Shown here: positions 21,338 to 31,356 of the stretch, piece by piece
Layout: the number at the start of each line of letters is the position of its first letter
How positions within the stretch are numbered: position 1 is the stretch's first letter
Source: an uncultured Christensenella sp.
Lineage (GTDB): Bacteria > Bacillota > Clostridia > Christensenellales > UBA1242
Reading direction: 5' to 3'
Assembly: GCA_949290565.1 (NCBI GenBank)
Contig: CASESH010000018.1
Location: 1,585 to 65,584 of the forward strand
DNA: 64,000 bases
Translations under genes and position numbers: made by a program
The notes under the pieces: model-generated
The model's input: only the letters and a program-made list of their open reading frames with translations
Database searches by the model: none
Told to the model about the DNA's origin: nothing

Positions 21338-22480
21338 TTATTTAAGTCTAGCCATTTTGTCAGCAAAATTTTTACACTTTTTATAACTAGTAAGATTGTT
21401 AGAAATTTGCTCGACAAGTTCCTTATCTTTCCGACTCATTTCCTTAGGCATTTCTACCCTAACAGTTACAAGCAAATCGCCACTTCCTTCTCTTTGTAAA
21501 AACTTAACGCCTTTATTTTTAAGTTTAAATACTGTATTAGGCTGAGTAAGAGCAGGAATTTCAAGGTCATAAAAGCCATCTGCCGTAGGAATTTTGACTT
21601 TTCCGCCAAGATAGGCTGTTGTAAATGGAATAGGAAGTTCAAGTAATAAGTTAAAGCCATCTCTAACTAAAATCGGATGTTGCTCAACTCTAACATTTAT
21701 CACAAGGTCGCCATTTGGTCCACTTTTAATAGAAGCGTTTCCTTTTCCTCTCATAGTTAAGACTTGCCCATCATCAATTCCTGCTGGAATGTTCACCTTG
21801 ATTTCTTGAACCGTTTTAATACTGCCTTTACCCGAGCAATTAGTGCACTTTTCCTTTATAATCTTACCGGTTGCATTACAAGTCTTACAAGGTGCGACCG
21901 TCGACATTTGACCAAAGAAGGTGTTTTGAGTAACGTGAACTTGACCTGAACCGTGACAGTCTGGGCAAGTAGAATATTCTCTACCATTTTTTGCCCCTGT
22001 GCCGTTGCAACTGTCACATTTGTCAAGTTTATTTACCTTAAAAATCTTTTCGCAACCAAAAATAGCCTCTTTAAAAGATAAGGTAACATTTACAACAATG
22101 TCCTCGCCTTGAACTTGAACCCCACTTGTTCTTGTCCTTGCTCCTCCACCAAAAGATGAAAAAATGTCAAATATATCTTCAAAACCACCAAAGTTTCCAC
22201 TAAAACCGCCAAAGCCACCTGAACCACCAAAGCCACCAGCCCCAAATGGATTTCCATCGGCGCTACCAAATTGGTCATAATTTGCCCTTTTATTTTGGTC
22301 GCCAAGTGTTTCATACGCCTCGTTTACTTCCTTAAACTTCTTTGCACACTCGCTGTCGTTTGGGTGTAAGTCAGGATGGTATTGTTTTGCAAGTTTTCTA
22401 TAAGCCGACTTAATTTCATCTTGGGTTGCCTTTTTATCTACTCCTAAAATTTTATAATAGTCTTTATTTTCGTTTGGCAT
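21338..22480 (-). CDS. dnaJ: Chaperone DnaJ
   Basis: J domain with HPD, G/F-rich linker, four CxxCxGxG-type repeats. Confidence 0.98.
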   Translation of the reverse strand: MPNENKDYYKILGVDKKATQDEIKSAYRKLAKQYHPDLHPNDSECAKKFKEVNEAYETLGDQNKRANYDQFGSADGNPFGAGGFGGSGGFGGFSGNFGGFEDIFDIFSSFGGGARTRTSGVQVQGEDIVVNVTLSFKEAIFGCEKIFKVNKLDKCDSCNGTGAKNGREYSTCPDCHGSGQVHVTQNTFFGQMSTVAPCKTCNATGKIIKEKCTNCSGKGSIKTVQEIKVNIPAGIDDGQVLTMRGKGNASIKSGPNGDLVINVRVEQHPILVRDGFNLLLELPIPFTTAYLGGKVKIPTADGFYDLEIPALTQPNTVFKLKNKGVKFLQREGSGDLLVTVRVEMPKEMSRKDKELVEQISNNLTSYKKCKNFADKMARLK

Positions 22481-22492
22481 TTATTTCCACCC

Positions 22493-24328
22493 TTATTTTT
22501 TATCATTATCATCAATTATAATTTCATCGTCACCCTTGTTGTCATCATCTTTCTTGTCTTCTGCTTTCTTGTTAGCCTCAGCCTCTTTTGAAGCCTCGAC
22601 ATACAACTTTGAAATTATGCTACTTGAAGTTGAAGTCAAATCTTCAAGTGCTTTTTTAATTTGTTCAACATCATCAGTCTTAATCTTGTTTTTGCAATCT
22701 TCAATAGCGTTTTTCAAAGTATTTGATTCTTCTTCGCTCAACTTACTGCCATTTTCTTTAAGCATTTTTTCAAGAGACAAAATCATATTTTCTGCGTTGT
22801 TCTTTTGTTCAAACAACTCTTTTTTCTTTTTGTCCTCATCGGCAAATTTTTCAGCCTCTTTGATTGCTTCTTCAATGTCTTTTTCGCTTAGATTAGAAGA
22901 AGAAGTGATAGTAATACTTTGTTCCTTATTTGTTCCTAGGTCCTTTGCAGAAACATGAACAATACCATTTGCATCAATATCGAACGTTACTTCAATTTGT
23001 GGAACGCCCCTTGGTGCAGGTGGAATGTCAACAAGACTGAATCTTCCAAGAGTCTTATTACCACTAGCAAACTCTCTTTCTCCTTGCAAAACGTGGATGT
23101 CAACACCCGGTTGATTATCAGTTGCAGTTGAGAAAATTTGAGATTTTTTGGTAGGAATTGTTGTGTTTCTTTCAATTAACTTAGTGAAAATACCACCAAG
23201 AGTTTCAATACCAAGAGAAAGTGGAGTTACATCAAGAAGTAAAACATCTTTGACTTCACCAGCAAGAACGCCACCTTGAATAGCAGCACCCATAGCAACA
23301 CATTCATCTGGATTAATGCCTTTAAAAGGTTGTTTTCCTGTAATTTTCTTAACCTCATCAACGACTGCTGGAATACGAGTTGAACCACCAACTAAGATAA
23401 CCTTATCAATTTCATTTAAAGATAACTTACTATCTTTTAAAGCCCTTGTAACAGCCTGACTTGTCTTTTCAACAAGGTCCTCAGTAATGCTGTTGAATTT
23501 TGCTCTTGTCAAATCATATTCAAAGTGTTTTGGACCATTTGCATCTGCTGTAATGAATGGCAAATTAATTGTTGTTTTCATAACGCTAGACAAGTCAATT
23601 TTTGCCTTTTCACTAGCCTCTTTAATTCTCTGCATAGCAAGTTTATCTTTTGATAAATCAATGCCCTCTTTGTTTTTAAATTCAGTAACAATAAGGTCCA
23701 TAATTCTCTTATCAAAGTCATCTCCCCCAAGTCTATTGTCTCCTGCCGTTGCTACGACTTCAAAGACACCATCACCAATTTCAAGTATGGAAACATCAAA
23801 TGTACCACCACCCAAATCGTAAACAAGAATCTTTTGATTTTTGCCATTTTCGACTTTGTCAAGGCCATAAGCAAGTGAAGCAGCAGTAGGTTCGTTTATA
23901 ATTCTTAAAACTTCTAGTCCTGCAATTTTTCCAGCATCCTTAGTTGCTTGTCTTTGACTATCTGTAAAATATGCTGGGACAGTGATAACTGCTTGCGTTA
24001 CTTTTGAACCTAAATAACTTTCAGCATCTTGCTTTAATTTTTGCAAAATCATTGCTGAGATTTCCTGTGGAGTATAACTTTTACCCTCTACATTTACCTT
24101 ATAATCACTACCCATTTCTCTCTTAATTGAGATAATTGTATTGTCTGGATTAGCAACAGCCTGTCTTTTTGCGACCTGTCCTACAAGCCTTTCGCCTTTT
24201 GAAAATGCTACAACTGATGGAGTTGTTCTCTCTCCCTCAGCATTTGGTATGACAGTTGGAGTATTTCCCTCCATAACTGCTACACAAGAATTCGTTGTTC
24301 CTAAATCTATTCCTATAACTTTTGACAT
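22493..24328 (-). CDS. dnaK: Chaperone DnaK
   Basis: [37 protein letters not shown] at 24328 has an AAGGAG RBS. Confidence 0.98.
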   Translation of the reverse strand: MSKVIGIDLGTTNSCVAVMEGNTPTVIPNAEGERTTPSVVAFSKGERLVGQVAKRQAVANPDNTIISIKREMGSDYKVNVEGKSYTPQEISAMILQKLKQDAESYLGSKVTQAVITVPAYFTDSQRQATKDAGKIAGLEVLRIINEPTAASLAYGLDKVENGKNQKILVYDLGGGTFDVSILEIGDGVFEVVATAGDNRLGGDDFDKRIMDLIVTEFKNKEGIDLSKDKLAMQRIKEASEKAKIDLSSVMKTTINLPFITADANGPKHFEYDLTRAKFNSITEDLVEKTSQAVTRALKDSKLSLNEIDKVILVGGSTRIPAVVDEVKKITGKQPFKGINPDECVAMGAAIQGGVLAGEVKDVLLLDVTPLSLGIETLGGIFTKLIERNTTIPTKKSQIFSTATDNQPGVDIHVLQGEREFASGNKTLGRFSLVDIPPAPRGVPQIEVTFDIDANGIVHVSAKDLGTNKEQSITITSSSNLSEKDIEEAIKEAEKFADEDKKKKELFEQKNNAENMILSLEKMLKENGSKLSEEESNTLKNAIEDCKNKIKTDDVEQIKKALEDLTSTSSSIISKLYVEASKEAEANKKAEDKKDDDNKGDDEIIIDDNDKK

Positions 24329-24421
24329 TTTTAATTTCTCCTTTTTATTGTCAATTTTTTTATTCAACTATTTTCTATAAAGAAAGTAGGTTGTTTTTGG
24401 TTTTATTTTAAAATGTATTTT

Positions 24422-24970
24422 TTATTTTGCAACTACAACTTGACTGTATTTGATAATATTACCATTCAAAGTGTACCCAGCCTCAATTTCCTCAACGACT
24501 GTTCCACTTTTATTTTTTTTGTCCTCAACCATAAGCACAGCGTTGTGTTTATCAGCATCAAATTTTTTACCAACACAATCAATTTTTTTAACTCCGAGTT
24601 TTTCAAGTGCAGAAATAATATTTTTTTCAATCATATTAACGCCCTCTAAAACTACTTCATCTTTAATCATTTTCTTTGCTTTTTTAAAAGAATCTAAGCA
24701 AGGTAAAATCGTTTCAAGCGCCTTAGTCATTCCCTCAGTCTTAAAAGCAATTTCAGATTCTTTTGTTCTTTTCCTATAATGCTCAAAATCTTTTTCAAGT
24801 TCTTTGTAGTCATTTAAGATTTTTGCCATTTGGGTTTTAATCCCATCAAACTCCTCTTGACTTAAAACAACTTCCTGACTAGTTTGTTCTACATTCTCAT
24901 CTTTTTTGTCCTGCTTTTCTTGACTAGCATCTTGTTTTAAATCTTCTTTTCTTTCTTCACTAGACATCAA
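24422..24970 (-). CDS. grpE: Nucleotide exchange factor GrpE
   Basis: DFEHYRKRT, KFDADKHNAV, AGYTLNG..I...QVVV; lies between hrcA and dnaK. Confidence 0.95.
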   Translation of the reverse strand: MMSSEERKEDLKQDASQEKQDKKDENVEQTSQEVVLSQEEFDGIKTQMAKILNDYKELEKDFEHYRKRTKESEIAFKTEGMTKALETILPCLDSFKKAKKMIKDEVVLEGVNMIEKNIISALEKLGVKKIDCVGKKFDADKHNAVLMVEDKKNKSGTVVEEIEAGYTLNGNIIKYSQVVVAK

Positions 24971-26013
24971 TCTCCCCCCTTATTGAGTTTGTTTTTAACC
25001 TCATCAGTTATAAGTTTTAAAACACTTGCAACACTTGCATAATCAATCCTTTCAGGTCCTATAACTCCAACAGTAGCAATCTTTTCACCATTTAAAATAA
25101 CCGGCGCTTTGATAACTGCACAGTTGCTGAGTTTTTCGTTGTTGTTTTCCTCTCCCAAGTTGACTGTAATTTGTTCACCCTCGTTAGTTGTCATAAGGTC
25201 GCCCAAACTGTCATCATCATCTAAAACACTTAAAATGTTCTTGGCCTTGTTAGTATTGAATTCCGGACTCTCTAACAGTTTGATTAAACCTTGATTGCTA
25301 ACTTTACTCTTAGTCTTGTTATAATAAACTTCCAAGACTTCAAGAACAAGATTAAAAACACTTTCATATTCTTTCATACACTTTTTAATGCTGGAAGAAA
25401 ACAGGTCAATATTTTGATTTAAAAATTTAATATTTTTCCCAACAAAAATATTTGAAAAGACATTACTTGCGTTATCACAATCTTGCTTGGTAATTTCTCC
25501 GTTAGCGCTAATGGTATTAGAAATTGCCCCAGCATTTGTTTCAATAAGTACTAAAACTTGATTGTTTATCAAATAAACTATTTTAATTTGCTCAACAATT
25601 AGGTTTTCAAATCCGTCAAACATAAACACCGTTGGGTAATTTGTTTTTGTGCTGACAACTTTTGAAATACTTTCTACAATCTCGCTAAGACTAGAAGTTC
25701 TTGCAAACAAATCTTCTTTAACGTCTTGCAAACAACCTTCATAAAATTTACTATTTTTTAAAGTTTCATCAACAAAAAACCTGTAACCTTTTGTCGTTGG
25801 TACCCTACCACTAGAAGTGTGAAGTTGTTTTAAATAACCCATAGCCTCTAAGGCGTTCAACTCATTCCTAATCGTAGCAGTTGACAAGTCGTGAAGATTG
25901 GTTTGTTTGACAAATAGACTTGTAATAGGGCTAGCAACTTTAATATAGTTTTCAATCGCACTATATAAAAGTTTCTTTTTTCTATCAGACAACTCTGGCA
26001 AATCATTTGTCAT
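24967..26013 (-). CDS. hrcA: Heat-inducible transcription repressor HrcA
   Basis: STATIRNEL..LE..GYL.QLHTSSGRVPT.KGYRFFVD, GVIGPERIDY. Confidence 0.96.
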   Translation of the reverse strand: MTNDLPELSDRKKKLLYSAIENYIKVASPITSLFVKQTNLHDLSTATIRNELNALEAMGYLKQLHTSSGRVPTTKGYRFFVDETLKNSKFYEGCLQDVKEDLFARTSSLSEIVESISKVVSTKTNYPTVFMFDGFENLIVEQIKIVYLINNQVLVLIETNAGAISNTISANGEITKQDCDNASNVFSNIFVGKNIKFLNQNIDLFSSSIKKCMKEYESVFNLVLEVLEVYYNKTKSKVSNQGLIKLLESPEFNTNKAKNILSVLDDDDSLGDLMTTNEGEQITVNLGEENNNEKLSNCAVIKAPVILNGEKIATVGVIGPERIDYASVASVLKLITDEVKNKLNKGGD

Positions 26014-26076
26014 ACCTTACCTCCTTTTCATTGTATGCAACAAAATTAGGAATTAGCACTTGCATTATTGTAAGCG

Positions 26077-26103
26077 TTAGCACTCTTTATCTTTAAGTGC
26101 TAA
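26077..26103. promoter_or_regulatory. CIRCE operator (HrcA binding site)
   Basis: TTAGCACTC-N9-AAGTGCTAA, one mismatch to TTAGCACTC-N9-GAGTGCTAA; extra half-site TTAGCACT at 26053-26060. Confidence 0.93.
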
Positions 26104-26107
26104 CACT

Positions 26108-26135
26108 ATTATATGCTTAAATTTTAAAAAGTCAA
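26108..26135 (-). promoter_or_regulatory. SigA promoter of the hrcA-grpE-dnaK operon
   Basis: Minus strand TTGACT-N16-TATAAT immediately upstream of CIRCE. Confidence 0.75.
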
Positions 26136-26600
26136 CAATTTAGTTCACTTTTTTTTAAATTTTTTTTATTTTTTAACCTAAATAAAAAAAGAACTTAACT
26201 TTTTACAAGCAATCTTCAAAAATTCACTTATAAGTCAAGTTCTTATAAAATTTATTCATTTATATATATGTAATTTTTTAATATAGTAGTTGTAATACAA
26301 TATTAAGTTTTATAAATACAATAAATAGTAATTGTATAAAGTTACAGTTAAACTTAAACATTACATTCCTACATATTTATCAATATTTTAGTTGATTATA
26401 AACTAAATTTAAATTAATCGTACATTAAAAGTATTTTCTAATATAAGTATAACTATTTTAATATATTGAAGTAACAAATATTGATATAAAATATTTTTTT
26501 AACTTGATATTAGTTTAATTAAAGTGATTAACTTTTAGTAATTTTCCTTTTTTACTAAACAAAAGATTAGTAAAAAATTAAATATTTCCACATAAAACTA

Positions 26601-27536
26601 CTATCTTTGTAATTCTTCTGCGAAGTCATCAACTGACCTTTGAAGATAATCTACATACTTCTTATCTACTGAATAATTTACTTCATCTTTTGTTTGTTGA
26701 GATATTTTATTAACATCTAAACTAGAAAGTTTTTTAGCAAATTCTTCTTGTTCTTTCTTTGAAAAATATTTTTTTAATTCACTTTCACTCTTTACTAAAC
26801 ATGCGATTGTCTTTGAGTCAACTGAATTTGTAACAAAATCGTTAGGATATTTAATTTCTTTTTGAGAACCACTTAAACATTTTTTTAACTTAGTCATTAG
26901 GGCTTGTCTCCTACCTGTGTCAATTTGAAAATTAATACCACTTGCACAGAAATCAGAAGAAATTACACCGTTGGCATGACCATTTTTACCTTGGGTATAA
27001 AAAATCTCATCTAAAAAAACATTATTTTTACAAGCAACATTCATAAGACTTGTAATAATTTTATCTTTAATTGCTTTTAATTCAAAATATTCTAATAAAG
27101 GATTATTTTTATACATTTTGACACTAGGTTTTAATGATTCATCAACAACAAATGAAAGAATTGATTTGAATAAAAATTTGTTGTCATAGTCAAACATAAT
27201 TCCATATTTTTTTCTCAAATCATCATAGAGTTGATAGTAACTAACAGCATGGCATTTCTTTTTACTATAAACTAAACCACTTGTGGTTTTATCTAACTTG
27301 ACAGGCATAAATTGTATACTATCAAGACCAACACTTTCATAAAGTCGTGGCAATAAAACATATGCGTCCATTATACTTTTATAAAATCTATAATTAGGAA
27401 TAATAAACTCAAAATCATCAGTAAATTGACCTTGAATATGCTTTTGATACAAATCTCTAAAATAAGGATTATCAACGTAACCATTCTTGTCATAAGCGAG
27501 GCCAAATGTTTTATAAAATCTTTCCATTTTTTTCAC
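26601..27536 (-). CDS. Hypothetical protein (311 aa), possibly degenerate HipA/CtkA-like kinase fold
   Basis: Long ORF coupled to the upstream gene; 'AYVLLPRLYESVGLDSIQFMPV...GLVYS' resembles a HipA-like N-lobe. Fold call is weak. Confidence 0.7.
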   Translation of the reverse strand: MKKMERFYKTFGLAYDKNGYVDNPYFRDLYQKHIQGQFTDDFEFIIPNYRFYKSIMDAYVLLPRLYESVGLDSIQFMPVKLDKTTSGLVYSKKKCHAVSYYQLYDDLRKKYGIMFDYDNKFLFKSILSFVVDESLKPSVKMYKNNPLLEYFELKAIKDKIITSLMNVACKNNVFLDEIFYTQGKNGHANGVISSDFCASGINFQIDTGRRQALMTKLKKCLSGSQKEIKYPNDFVTNSVDSKTIACLVKSESELKKYFSKKEQEEFAKKLSSLDVNKISQQTKDEVNYSVDKKYVDYLQRSVDDFAEELQR

Positions 27537-28441
27537 CTTTTCATTTCTAAATTTTTTCTAACTTTTTGTATTTTATTAATGTCATCTTGTATAATCTGCT
27601 CATAAGCAAAACGATTGAACTTTTTAAAACGATTGCTTAAATATTCAACAAAAGGCTTATCAAATTCATAGCCACAATATACTTCAAACAAATCAATATT
27701 TTCTTGCAATCTAGACTTAGAGAATTCAGACAAAATTTTAATCTTTTCAGGTTGAGAAAACAAACTATTCTGTGAGGACAAAAACCTTTCAATTAAATTT
27801 TGCATATCGTTATCTTCTTTTTGTTCACTCTCTTTATTTTCAAAAGAAAGTCTATTTTGATAATTATGTGAAATAGAAGAAAACAATTTTGGTTTAACTG
27901 AATCTACCTTACCATTATTATCAAGCCCAAGTGCCAAATTACCTGAATTTTCATAATTTCTTGTAATCATATTAAAAATATCAATAATAACTTTTTCTTT
28001 TTGAGCCTTTTCAGTAAAGAAATTAGCCAATCTAACACCATTAGTAGTTTGTTCAAAGAAATCAGAAGTAGGAGTAAAACTTGTATTGTATCTAGTATTT
28101 AACCACTTAGTCAAAGTTATTAAATCTATACCTTCTACTAACAAATTATTGAAAAAAAGTCCCGGTTTATCAAAAATCATAATTGGTAAAAAACAAGGAG
28201 TTTCAATATTAAAAGAACTAGATAAGATAGATGATGATAATATATTAGCATCAATTGTAATTTTTTTATTATCATCATTGTGCAAATTTAAAAGTCCATT
28301 TTTAGATAAGAAGCCATTTTCTTTTAAAGATTGAATTGTTTCTATCACTAATTTGTCATTTAAAATAAATCCATTTTTATCTACTTTTACTTCTTTTCTT
28401 ATAACATCTCTAAAATAATCTTCATATTGGGCATAATTCAT
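27533..28441 (-). CDS. Hypothetical protein (302 aa), possibly degenerate HipA/CtkA-like kinase fold
   Basis: RBS AGGAG; 'ANILSSSILSSSFNIETPCFLPI...PGLF' and 'DIFNMITRNYENSGNL' resemble HipA-like motifs without catalytic residues. Confidence 0.7.
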   Translation of the reverse strand: MNYAQYEDYFRDVIRKEVKVDKNGFILNDKLVIETIQSLKENGFLSKNGLLNLHNDDNKKITIDANILSSSILSSSFNIETPCFLPIMIFDKPGLFFNNLLVEGIDLITLTKWLNTRYNTSFTPTSDFFEQTTNGVRLANFFTEKAQKEKVIIDIFNMITRNYENSGNLALGLDNNGKVDSVKPKLFSSISHNYQNRLSFENKESEQKEDNDMQNLIERFLSSQNSLFSQPEKIKILSEFSKSRLQENIDLFEVYCGYEFDKPFVEYLSNRFKKFNRFAYEQIIQDDINKIQKVRKNLEMKR

Positions 28442-28867
28442 TTACTCTCCTATTTAGATAACATCATTACAACAATATAATAGTTTATAAAAGCAAAAAT
28501 TTCAATACCCTTTTTTTTATTTATCTAAATTGAACATTTTTATAATACTTTGTAACAAAAAATAACAAAAATTTACTATAAATAAAGGTCAAAATAAAGA
28601 AAGTTATAAAAATTTAAATTATTTTACAACGGTTGTAAAATAGGAATTTACAACAAAAATTAAAATAATTATAAAATCAAATCTAAGGATTTTACTTTTT
28701 AGTAAATTTTTAGTCAAGGTTTAAAATACTTTAATTAATAATTTTTAAATAAATAAAAGAAGTATTTTCTCTTACTTAAATATTAAAATTGAAAAGAAAA
28801 TACTCCATCTCATATATAAAGCTTTAAAAATATATTTTGTTAGTAACAATTATTGAAATAGCAATTT

Positions 28868-30076
28868 TTACAAATCATAGTTATTAGGGTCGTTATCCTC
28901 TAAATATTCTTCAATAATAAGAGGACGTTTTAGGGCAAGAATTTCTCTTGTTCTTTCTAAATTCTCTGCTTTTTCCCTCAAAACAGTTGCTTTTGCTTCA
29001 AGTTTTGCAAGTCTTTTTTCTTCTTTATCTAACTCATCATTATACTTTATTCTTTTATCCCTAAGTTTTTTTCTGTCTCTTTCTAGTCTTTGGAACATAT
29101 AATGTGAACGTATGTAAGCATATCTTTCCCTTTTTATTCTAGAAAGTATAAGTTCAATTTTTCTTTCGTAAATTCCTCTTGCATAGTGAACTTTTTTAAA
29201 TTTAGACATCAACTCAGTTTTTAAACTAAGCATATGATTAATTAATTTTTCAAGTACCTCTATATGAGCCCAATACCTGCTAGACTGTTCATCAGGAAGA
29301 TTATCATCTTCCTCATCTTCATCTACGACTTCTTTTTTCTCTACTTCTTTATCTTTAAAAAAGTCATGTTCTTGGCCATCTTTTGGAAACATATAATGAA
29401 CAAAAAATTCTATTTTAGGCTTTTCTAATTTTTTTTCAATTTCTTGTATTTTATCTTCGCTTTCTTTAATTTCTTTTTTAATTTTAAGTTCTTCTAATGA
29501 TTCATCTTTTAATATTTCCTCATCTTCTTTACTTAGGTCTTCATCAAGGAAATTTTCTTGTTTTATGCTTTCATTATCATCTTGTTCATCATCTTGTTCA
29601 TCATCTTGTTCATCATCATCTTCATCATCTTTTAATTCTTCCAAATCTTCGCCTTCAAAAATGTCATCATCATCAAAATCTTCCTCATTAAGAGTTAAAT
29701 GATTTGCCTTGTCTATAAGTCGATTAACCTCTTTCTCATTTTCAATCTGTTGTTTTGTAGGTTCATAAATATCCCCTTTTTCAACAGTTTCTTTAAAGAT
29801 TTCATTTGACTGAGCAATTTTATCTTCTATACTATTCATGCTTTTTTCTAAATTGACTTTGTTAGGATAACTATTATCAGTTAATAAATAAACTCTTATG
29901 TAAGATTTGTACAGTCTTAGGAGTAAATCTAACATATTGCTCCTTGCAAAAATATCATTTTCCTTTAAAAGCAAAGTATAAAGATTTTTTCTAGCCACTT
30001 GTAGTGCAAGCCCATAATCTAAATTGTTATTCATTAAATAACCAACAGCACCTTGTTCTCTTATTTCCTTATACAT
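28868..30076 (-). CDS. Hypothetical acidic/coiled-coil protein (402 aa)
   Basis: RBS AAGGAG; D/E-rich centre, basic coiled-coil C-terminus. Confidence 0.8.
   Translation of the reverse strand: MYKEIREQGAVGYLMNNNLDYGLALQVARKNLYTLLLKENDIFARSNMLDLLLRLYKSYIRVYLLTDNSYPNKVNLEKSMNSIEDKIAQSNEIFKETVEKGDIYEPTKQQIENEKEVNRLIDKANHLTLNEEDFDDDDIFEGEDLEELKDDEDDDEQDDEQDDEQDDNESIKQENFLDEDLSKEDEEILKDESLEELKIKKEIKESEDKIQEIEKKLEKPKIEFFVHYMFPKDGQEHDFFKDKEVEKKEVVDEDEEDDNLPDEQSSRYWAHIEVLEKLINHMLSLKTELMSKFKKVHYARGIYERKIELILSRIKRERYAYIRSHYMFQRLERDRKKLRDKRIKYNDELDKEEKRLAKLEAKATVLREKAENLERTREILALKRPLIIEEYLEDNDPNNYDL
29577..29630 (-). repeat. Coding 12-bp tandem repeat (DDEQ x3)
   Basis: tcatcttgttca repeated three times in frame. 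Confidence 0.85.
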
Positions 30077-30215
30077 AAAAAACTCCTTTAACTTAACTTA
30101 TCATATTATAACAAATTAAATTAAATTTTACAAGAATAAAAAAAAATCGACAAAAATTTAAAAAAAACTTAACAAATCATAAACTATAAAAAGTTTTTTT
30201 GTTAAGTTCATATTG

Positions 30216-31355
30216 TTAAATTAATTTTAGAATTATACTATTTAAAACATAATACGCATTTTCACAAACTTTAATATGACCATCTTTAAGAGATATAAAT
30301 CCACGAGAAGATAAAAACTCAATTTCCTTTTGCTTATCTTTCAAGATATGAGTACCAAAAGAGTTATCGTATTTTGATATATCAATTCCTTCTCGTGTTC
30401 TAAGTCCAAGCATTAAAGTTTCTTCTCTTTTCATTTCCAGCGTGATTTTTTCAACTGAATAAACAGGGACTTCATCATTTTGAATTTTTTCAATATACTC
30501 AGAAAAATCTTCGGTATTATTAAATCTAGTGTCATTAAGATAGGAATGTCCCGCAAGTCCAAACGCAAGATATTCTCCCATCTGCCAATAATTCAAATTG
30601 TGTGCACATTCAAAATCTGGCAAAGAAAAATTAGAAACTTCGTACCTATAAAAGCCTGCCTTTTTAAGTTGAGAATAAACAATATTGTACATTTCAATAG
30701 TTTCATCTTCGGTTGGGAATGGAATATTTTCATCTAGCGACATATCGAATAAAGGAGTATTTTTTTCTAATATTAAAGAGTAGGCTGATATGTGAGTAAT
30801 TTTGCTTCTTGTTAAGAACCTAACCATTTTTTTAACATCGAGTATTGTTTGGTAAGGAAGCCCTATCATCATATCAACATTAATATTAATAAACCCGCAA
30901 TCTCTTGCTAATTTAATAGCCTCTTTTAATTGTCTAGCATTATGTCTTCTACCTATTGCCATAAGAACTTTATCATTAATTGACTGTCCTCCAATACTTA
31001 TTCTATTGCAACCTAAAAGCAAATACTCTTTTAATTTTTCTCTTGTCATACTTTCAGGATTACATTCAATAGTAATCTCGGCGTGTTTAGAGAGTTTAAA
31101 ATTTTTTTTCAAAGTGAGCATAATTTTTGTAAACTGCCCTTCATCAAGAGTAGAGGGCGTTCCTCCGCCAAAATAAACTGAGGAGACTCTATAATAGTCG
31201 CCGTATGCCTTTGCTCTCATTTCAATTTCACTGCATAAGCAGTCAACGTATTGAGCCTTTTTGTCCTCCTTATCACAGTACGAAACAAAGCTACAATAAT
31301 TACATTTTTTTTGATTGCAAAATGGAATATGAATATATAAAGATAAATTTTTCAT
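30216..31355 (-). CDS. hemW: Radical SAM heme chaperone HemW (HemN-like)
   Basis: YIHIPFC..C..C, FGGGTPS, ECNP, YEVSNF, HNLNYW; position after lepA. Confidence 0.92.
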   Translation of the reverse strand: MKNLSLYIHIPFCNQKKCNYCSFVSYCDKEDKKAQYVDCLCSEIEMRAKAYGDYYRVSSVYFGGGTPSTLDEGQFTKIMLTLKKNFKLSKHAEITIECNPESMTREKLKEYLLLGCNRISIGGQSINDKVLMAIGRRHNARQLKEAIKLARDCGFININVDMMIGLPYQTILDVKKMVRFLTRSKITHISAYSLILEKNTPLFDMSLDENIPFPTEDETIEMYNIVYSQLKKAGFYRYEVSNFSLPDFECAHNLNYWQMGEYLAFGLAGHSYLNDTRFNNTEDFSEYIEKIQNDEVPVYSVEKITLEMKREETLMLGLRTREGIDISKYDNSFGTHILKDKQKEIEFLSSRGFISLKDGHIKVCENAYYVLNSIILKLI

Positions 31356-31356
31356 A

